Shown here piece by piece: positions 56,516 through 64,000 of a stretch of 64,000 nt of DNA. The translations under genes were made by a program, and so were the position numbers. The first letter of the stretch is position 1. Every line of letters starts with the position of its first letter. The notes under the pieces were generated by a model. The model made no database searches. It was given only the letters and a program-made list of their open reading frames with translations, and was not told the origin of the DNA. Source of the stretch: Octopus vulgaris (taxonomy: Eukaryota); NCBI GenBank assembly GCA_951406725.2, contig OX597829.1, forward strand, positions 10,850,001 through 10,914,000. The letters are read 5' to 3'.

Positions 56516-57279
56516 ATATATATATCGCCATGATTGATCGTTAGTCACTAAACCTTTTATATTTCCTCTCTCTGCTTATTTCAGTGTTCCTTTCTGTTGA
56601 AGTGCGTCGGGTCGAAAAATAAAGGACTTTCTCACGAATACATTTGTTTGTTGTTTATACACCCGTCTTCGTCTTTTGTTTTGTCTTGTTTTTGTAAATT
56701 CTAAATATATATATATAAATGAAGGCGGCTTATAAACAATATAAAACCACAAAGGAAAACTTCAGTTGTCTCTAATTGTAACTGACGGTGCAGGGTAGCA
56801 CCTATATTGCTAGAAATAAGAGCCAAAACTTCTTATGGTTGCAAAGAAGTACATGTCAATGCACTGACAGGAGACGCCGTCGTCCCACAGGAAGCGAGAT
56901 CATCAAACTAATCTAGTTTCACTTTGAATTAATAGCTAATCGGTGATAACTACTCCATCGCTGGATAGTTTAGCTAAATCCCAACTGTCAGTATGTAGTG
57001 TTTACCATATGAATTTATACCTGATTCAGCAAAATGGTAATGTGAAAATCATAAAATAACGAAGGTGTCTATAAACAATATACAATCCAAATAGAATAAT
57101 TTAATTGGCAGTACGTGTATCCCATGTATTCCTTTGTTACAACTGTTTCAACAACAAGTTTTAAATAAATCATTTAATAATTTGGAAAACATGAAACATG
57201 AATATGAGCAATGATTATGTAAAATTGATCATGTATTATTGATTACATAATATAAAATCGTTGGCTCCAAAATAAATCG

Positions 57280-57847
57280 AAATGGTGACTACACTCCAGA
57301 AATAAGACGGCGGATAGCACTAGGCAGAGAGGCAATGGTCAGCATGAGCAGGGTCTGGAAGAGTAGAGACATCAGACTCGCTATCAAATGCAGATTAGTG
57401 AATGCAATTGTCTTCCCAATAGCAACATATGGCTGCGAGACCTGGACACTAAAGAAAGCTGACCAGAAGATAATTAATGCATTCGAGCTTTGGTGTTGGA
57501 GAAGACTTTTGCGGATTCCATGGACAGCGAGGTTCACCAATGGAGAAGTTCTTAAGCAGATAAGGCCGAAAATGTCGCTAGAAGCTAGGATCACCAAGCA
57601 AAGATTGGCATATTTCGGTCATATTATGCGGAGAAAATCCCTGGAGAATGACATCATGCTCGGAATGGTCAGTGGCAAGAGAGGAAGAGGCCGACCAAGA
57701 ACCCGCTGGATTGACACAATCAAGAGTGATACCGGAATGGACATAGCCAATCTGAAAGAAGCGGCCCAGGATAGAACTGACTGGAGGACACTGATCCAAC
57801 CAGTGACTGAGAGTCGACTTCGACTAAGCGGCTGATGATGATGATGA
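57280..57847 (+). mobile_element. 3' fragment of an RTE (BovB-like) LINE
   Basis: EIRRRI...VFPIATYGCETWT...AFELWCWRRLLRIPWTAR...YFGHIMR...RGRPRTRW; (TGA)n tail. Confidence 0.9.
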
Positions 57848-58970
57848 ATATAAAATCCATAATCTTTTCATCATGACCTAATGAATAAATCAATATGAGA
57901 AAAAGCTGGATTAATTCAGCTATATACAGATACAGTATTTGGAGTATCAGCTGTATCTATATAGATATTTCACGAAAAACTTGTTCTCATTTCTGAATGG
58001 AGTGTTGCTTATATCCGTCGTCGTCTATATAATTCAAAATTTGCGTCGTTAGTTGACCCCGTTGCACATTCATAAGCTGACCCCACGTCAAGTTCACAAA
58101 GGAAGACACTGTCTATACAAGAGATTTAGCTTCATGTGAACACAACGAGCATCAAACTATGTCCGTTACCCACGACATTCGTCAACTCTAACCTGATGTG
58201 GTAAATACGCCAGCTGTAGTTCAAGAGAATTTCGAAAAAGATCGAAAGACCTAATTATACGGTAAGAAATTCCCAAATTTCTCACTGAACATTTGTAAAC
58301 AAGATGAACGTTTAAATCTCTAGATTTGCAAATTGAGAATTCTATTTTTAATAAGCTGTAATTTTAAATTGGTTACATAATTACAAATAATGGTCACCAT
58401 GAACTTAAAAATTGAACTGTTTAGTACTGAAATTGCATACAGTAAGAAGAAATAGTTTTAATATTTTAATGTACTGGATAAAGGATGGTAACCAATGTAT
58501 GATGTAGGTTTGAGAAATTATGAAAAGAGTTACATATCTATAAAAATAATTTTGATTATGTCCCCTTACATCTTCCAATTATAGCAGCTTACGATATATG
58601 TTTCTTTTAAATCGATTAAAGGATAATATCCAGAACTTTCTTAATTGCAATATATTACATTTTAGATTTCTTCTCTAACAACTAACAGAATTCCGTTTAT
58701 CTTTGTCGATGTTGTTTTTTATCGGTTCCTCTACAATGTGGTTGATGTGATCGTGTTGTCCAGCCACGTCGTTTATATATGATTCTCTGTACGATGATGA
58801 ATATCACTAAGATCTTGAAAAGCTTTCTTCAATGTCTGCGATAAGAAGAATAACCAGTTATTTAACAATGTTGATAGTTCTAGTATTAATGTTGGAGATA
58901 GCATTCATCGTACGTATATTCAATGAATAGTCTTCCACTTCAAGCAATCGTCTGTACACGTCGAATCAGT

Positions 58971-59022
<52 letters not shown>

Positions 59023-59088
59023 TGTATGTATGTGCGTATAGATATATGTATTATATACGCATGCATCCCTCCATATACGTGCGTGAAA

Positions 59089-59131
<43 letters not shown>

Positions 59132-59141
59132 AGAGAGAGAG

Positions 59142-60243
59142 AGAGAGGTTGTTTGCTGTCAACTTAACGTGACAGTAAGGGAATTTCACACCGCTGTTTA
59201 GCCCTAGGATGCATCGACGCTTCCTGTCGGCTTTGACACATTTCCTGTGTCCTTATATATTTACGAAGGGGAGACAAATACCCCCAACAGCTAGGCCTGC
59301 ATCTAGAGACATGCATGTTTCGGGGTCTTTGCCCATCATCGGTCTAGAGTAGCAGAGGCCTGCTAGCTGAAGATGAAATCTTTATTAAAATCATGCGATT
59401 TTACATAAGACAAACAATTACAAAGAATGTTATGAGAGTTCGAATGATACTTGAAATTTATAAAAAATTAATTATAATGTAACATGATCAAAAACTTGGC
59501 TTACTTTTGCCTTTATAACGAGAACTGTAGTGCGTTTTTTTTTAAAAAAAAACATTAGAAATTATAACATATGTAAAATGAAAAGGAATGGGAAGTGCCG
59601 GTTTCGAATTTTGGACCCAGCAGCCTATAAGGCCCAGCAACTAAATTTTCTTTTCTTCGATGATTAAGCTGGGTTACTTACATCCACCTTTCTCATCACA
59701 TCCTTCCAACGTTTCATATACTCTTTCTGTGGCAGGCTCCTCTTCTCCGATCCCATCTTGCTCTTCCGATGATATCTGAAGTATTTTAACAAACCGGGGC
59801 CAGAGACAAAGGACCCTGTCACTAAACCTTCCATTCTGGTTCTCCACACACACTCTTTCAGAACTGCTACCCTACAGCAAAAAAAAAGCCTTACCTTCCT
59901 TTGAGAGTCCACTTGGCGGTATCATCTTTATCATAGATCCAGCCGACAGCTGTACTCGTCCCAGATGCGACAACACGTGTTCAACGTAACTTATCAAGCT
60001 TGACAGCTCCCGACATTGTACAAAAGCGTGTTGAACGATTTCATCGGCCAACCCACATCTTGGACACGTCGGTGGCACTGACATTCCGTGCCTGGATAAC
60101 ATATCGCGAACGGGTAATGCACTCCTATAGCACTGCCAGGTCAGGGATTTTTGGTAATTGTCCAAATACCCCGGCATGAAAGTCTTCTTAAACAGGTTGG
60201 AGAGTTGATTCTCATCGAACCACAGAGCCCTTCCTAGGACGTC
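59142..60243 (-). repeat. 1.1 kb inverted copy of 62254-63369
   Basis: Near-identical reverse complement, including the zf-RVT coding part and an HHR at 59302-59348. Confidence 0.95.
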
Positions 60244-63135
60244 TGGCTGTACATCTGGAGTGTTGGCAGCGAGAACGGTCTTGTACCGTCACCTCTACGC
60301 CAAGCATGAGGGGTGTAGAGTCAGAGGTAAGTTACGTGCAGGGAAACGAGAAGGTATTAACTTTGCCTGATGGGCCCGTCGTGAGGAGAGTCAGAAGGGC
60401 AAAAAGTCCTGTATTAAGTCTTTAACTAACGAGCAGGGTCGCAAGATCTATGGAAAGGAGGAGATGCAGAAGGTTCTTCACCAGCATTTCGCCCGGTTGT
60501 TCGGGGATGGTTGTCCGCTCGAGCGAGGGGAGACCTTAAAGGATTTCCAAGCCGGTGGGCCGCGGCTCTCGACACATGTGGCGGAATGCTGTGAAGGATC
60601 GATCTCTCCTGCGGATGTAAGAGAGGTTATGGCCGGTTGCGCCGTGGAAAAGTCGCCGGGGTTAGATGGTCTGCCCTATGAGTTCTATTTTTGTATGCCG
60701 GACTTGTTCGGAGATATACTGGCGGGAGTCTATGCGAACTGGCAACAGAATGGGAGGATTCCCAGTTCTGTGAGCCGGGGAGTTGTGACGCTGATCCAGA
60801 CTCGAACAAGGGGGATAGTATTAGTAATTATAGGCCCATAACTCTACCTAATGTAGAGTTTAAGATTTTGGCCAAGGTGTTAGTAAAAAGGTTGACGGCT
60901 GTCGTGGAGAAACTTGTCGGGAAGGCACAGACATGTGCAATTCCAGGCAGGTCGATCCAGGATAATCTTCACCTTCTCCGCTACACTATAGACAGGGTCG
61001 GGAAATTAGCCGGCAAAAAGCTATTGGTCCATTTAGACCAAAGTAAAGCGTTCGATAGGGTAGACCATCGGTACTTGGTGGCGGTCCTCGGGGCGGCTGG
61101 GCTGGGCTCTGGCTTTTGCGAGTGGATCTCACCTATGTACAGCAGCATCAAGTCCACAGTCCAGATAAACGGTTACCTAACGGAGGCGTTTTCGATCAAG
61201 CGTTCAGTTCGTCAAGGGTGTTCCCTGTCCCCGCTCCAGTATGTTTTGACTCTTGAGCCATTGCTGCGGAAGTTGGAGAAGTTGGGAAGCAACCCTAATG
61301 AAATCGGATGCGGTAAGTCTGTTTCTGCCTATGCGGATGACGTCACCCTCATCGTGTCCAACGAAGCACAGCTACCTCGGGTAGAAGGTGCTCGCCGAAG
61401 ATACGAAGCGGTGGCAGGGACAAAAGTTAACAAGGACAAGTCCACCGGTTTGCGCCTCGGCACCTGGAGGAACAAGCCGATATTTTCCAGTGCAGTTGGA
61501 CACTGGACAGATGGTCCTGTTAAATTGCTCGGAGTTTGGTTTGGTCCAGACTCCCAGACGGAGAAGAATTGGAGCGAGGTAGCGAACAAGGTATAAGCTA
61601 TAGTACGGAAGTGGTCCGGAAGGCATCTTTCCTTGAAAGGGAGGGCGGAGGTGGTACAAGTGTTTATAGCCTCTGTCATAGGAGGGGCTCTGTGGTTCGA
61701 TGAGAATCAACTCTCCAACCTGTTTAAGAAGACTTTCATGCCGGGGTATTTGGACAATTACCAAAAATCCCTGACCTGGCAGTGCTATAGGAGTGCATTA
61801 CCCGTTCGCGATATGTTATCCAGGCACGGAATGTCAGTGCCACCTACCGTCCTCCCTTGCCCCGATTCGTGGTTAAGCAAGTTAGAACGACTCCTTTTCC
61901 GCTTTTTGTGGAGGGGAGGAAAGCCACTTGTGAGACGCTCCGTGTGTTGCCAGGAACCGCTAAAGGGTGGGCTGGGGATGCCTTGGCTAATGATGTGCAG
62001 GCATGCGTTGAGTCTGAGACATCTCTGGTGTCACCTGGAGGGTGATAAGGTTTGAAGTCCGCTGGCAGAGGAAATCTTCCCGCGAGCGGCCTCTATGGAG
62101 AGTTTTAAACCCGGTTTCATTAAAAGACGTAATCTGACTTTATGGCAGAATGAGTGCCGATAGGCACTCTGGCTAATCCACAAGGTGGGCAAGGCCGGCG
62201 GCGGGAATACCACCTCGGTGTTCTATAGAGGGCTGGTAGAGGCAAAAAATGACGACGTCCTAGGAGGGGCTCTGTGGTTCGATGAGAATCAACTCTCCAA
62301 CCTGTTTAAGAAGACTTTCATGCCGGGGTATTTGGACAATTACCAAAAATCCCTGACCTGGCAGTGCTATAGGAGTGCATTAACCGTTCGCGATATGTTA
62401 TCCAGGCACGGAATGTCAGTGCCACCGACGTGTCCAAGATGTGGGTTGGCCGATGAAATCGTTCAACACGCTTTTGTACAATGTCGGGAGCTGTCAAGCT
62501 TGATAAGTTACGTTGAACACGTGTTGTCGCATCTGGGACGAGTACAGCTGTCGGCTGGATCTATGATAAAGATGATACCGCCAAGTGGACTCTCAAAGGA
62601 AGGTAAGGCTTGTTTTTACTGTAGGGTAGCAGTTCTGAAAGAGTGTGTGTGGAGAACCAGAATGGAAGGTTTAGTGACAGGGTCCTTTGTCTCTGGCCCC
62701 GGTTTGTTAAAATACTTCAGATATCATCGGAAGAGCAAGATGGGATCGGAGAAGAGGAGCCTGCCACAGAAAGAGTATATGAAACGTTGGAAGGATGTGA
62801 TGAGAAAGGTGGATGTAAGTAACCCAGCTTAATCATCGAAGAAAAGAAAATTTAGTTGCTGGGCCTTATAGGCTGCTGGGTCCAAAATTCGAAACCGGCA
62901 CTTCCCATTCCTTTTCATTTTACATATGTTATAATTTCTAATGTTTTTTTTTAAAAAAAAACGCACTACAGTTCTCGTTATAAAGGCAAAGGTAAGCCAA
63001 GTTTTTGATCATGTTACATTATAATTAATTTTTTATAAATTTCAAGTATCATTCGAACTCTCATAACATTCTTTGTAATTGTTTGTCTTGTGATGTCCAA
63101 TTCTATGTAAAATCGCATGATTTTAATAAAGATTT
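60244..63135 (+). mobile_element. 5'-truncated L1/Tx1-like LINE ORF2 (frameshifted)
   Basis: KSPGLDGLP, YRPITL, LDQSKAFDRV, RQGCSLSP, AYADDV, GGLG and CPRCG...HAFVQC; stop at 62832; AATAAA at 63125. Confidence 0.9.
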
Positions 63136-63162
63136 CATCTTCAGCTAGCAGGCCTCTGCTAC

Positions 63163-63209
63163 TCTAGACCGATGATGGGCAAAGACCCCGAAACATGCAT
63201 GTCTCTAGA
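63163..63209 (+). ncRNA. Type I hammerhead ribozyme (U4>C variant); inverted duplicate at 59302-59348
   Basis: tctaga CCGATGA t ggg-caaagac-ccc GAAA catgcatg TC tctaga; palindromic stem III; stem I can extend through aggc...ctgc/gcaggcct. Confidence 0.75.
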
Positions 63210-63439
63210 TGCAGGCCTAGCTGTTGGGGGTATTTGTCTCCCCTTCGTAAATATATAAGGACACAGGAAATGTGTCAAAGCCGACAGGAAGCGTCGATGC
63301 TTCCTAGGGCTAAACAGCGGTGTGAAATTCCCTTACTGTCACGTTAAGTTGACAGTATACAACCTCTCTTTCGCTCCACCAACGTACATATCTCTCTGAG
63401 ATATTTAGAAATTTAATATTTCTGATATATATTTATATA

Positions 63440-63475
<36 letters not shown>

Positions 63476-63493
63476 TGCGTTTGTACGTGTGAG

Positions 63494-63544
<51 letters not shown>

Positions 63545-64000
63545 AGAGAGAGAGGGGGGGGAGAGAGAGAAAGAGACATGAATATATGTATGTGTAAGTG
63601 TGTGTATGCGTGTAAGAATGCATATACGTATGTATGAAATGAATGTATGTGTACACAATGTTTCTTTTTGAATTCTTTGAATTCTTCCCATAAAGAAAGA
63701 GTTTGTTTCTATCAAAGAAACAAAGCTCCATCGCTAGAATTTTAGATAACAATAACCGTAAAGGATTAAATTTTGAATTTTAGAAACGATTTGCATGTTT
63801 TCACGGTTTCGTTCCTGATTAAATTTTCGAAGAGTGTATTAACTAACCGTTTACTGTTGTTGTTACTGTTTTGTCTGAAAATATAAACGTCTTATTTTTC
63901 ATTTTTTACATTATGTGTATAAGGGTGAAATCTAAATCTCTATCCAGAAGCACTGTGTTATGGCAAGTAGTTACTCATTTTTTTAAAGATAAGAAGAAAA

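Noticed and set aside
56590-56628. CTGTTGA...GAAA hammerhead-like spacing
   Set aside because: A6 is changed and stems II and III do not pair; too degenerate to call.

Overview
AT-rich, microsatellite-saturated animal DNA. The SINE and LINE repertoire points to an octopod cephalopod (inference). I find no credible host gene; most long ORFs in the track are microsatellite read-through. The window is a graveyard of mobile elements: tRNA-derived SINEs, RTE, CR1-like, R4/Dong (RLE) and L1/Tx1-like LINEs, hAT-Buster and mariner remnants, non-autonomous Helitrons, and a near-complete Neptune-type Penelope-like element (50.4-55.7 kb). The main unexplained signal is a dense set of type I hammerhead ribozyme (HHR) motifs, mostly minimal, from about eight sequence families. 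Most have a short palindromic stem III, and together they show all three 3:8 core pairs (C3-G8, U3-A8, G3-C8). They sit in non-coding 360-490 bp units that form tandem repeats, carry inverted 5' segments and end at (TA)n. This looks like a family of retrozyme-type RNAs that may self-cleave, circularise and use Penelope RT. One HHR unit appears to have co-mobilised an L1/Tx1 LINE inside a 1.1 kb inverted repeat. All structures were folded by eye and no activity has been shown.
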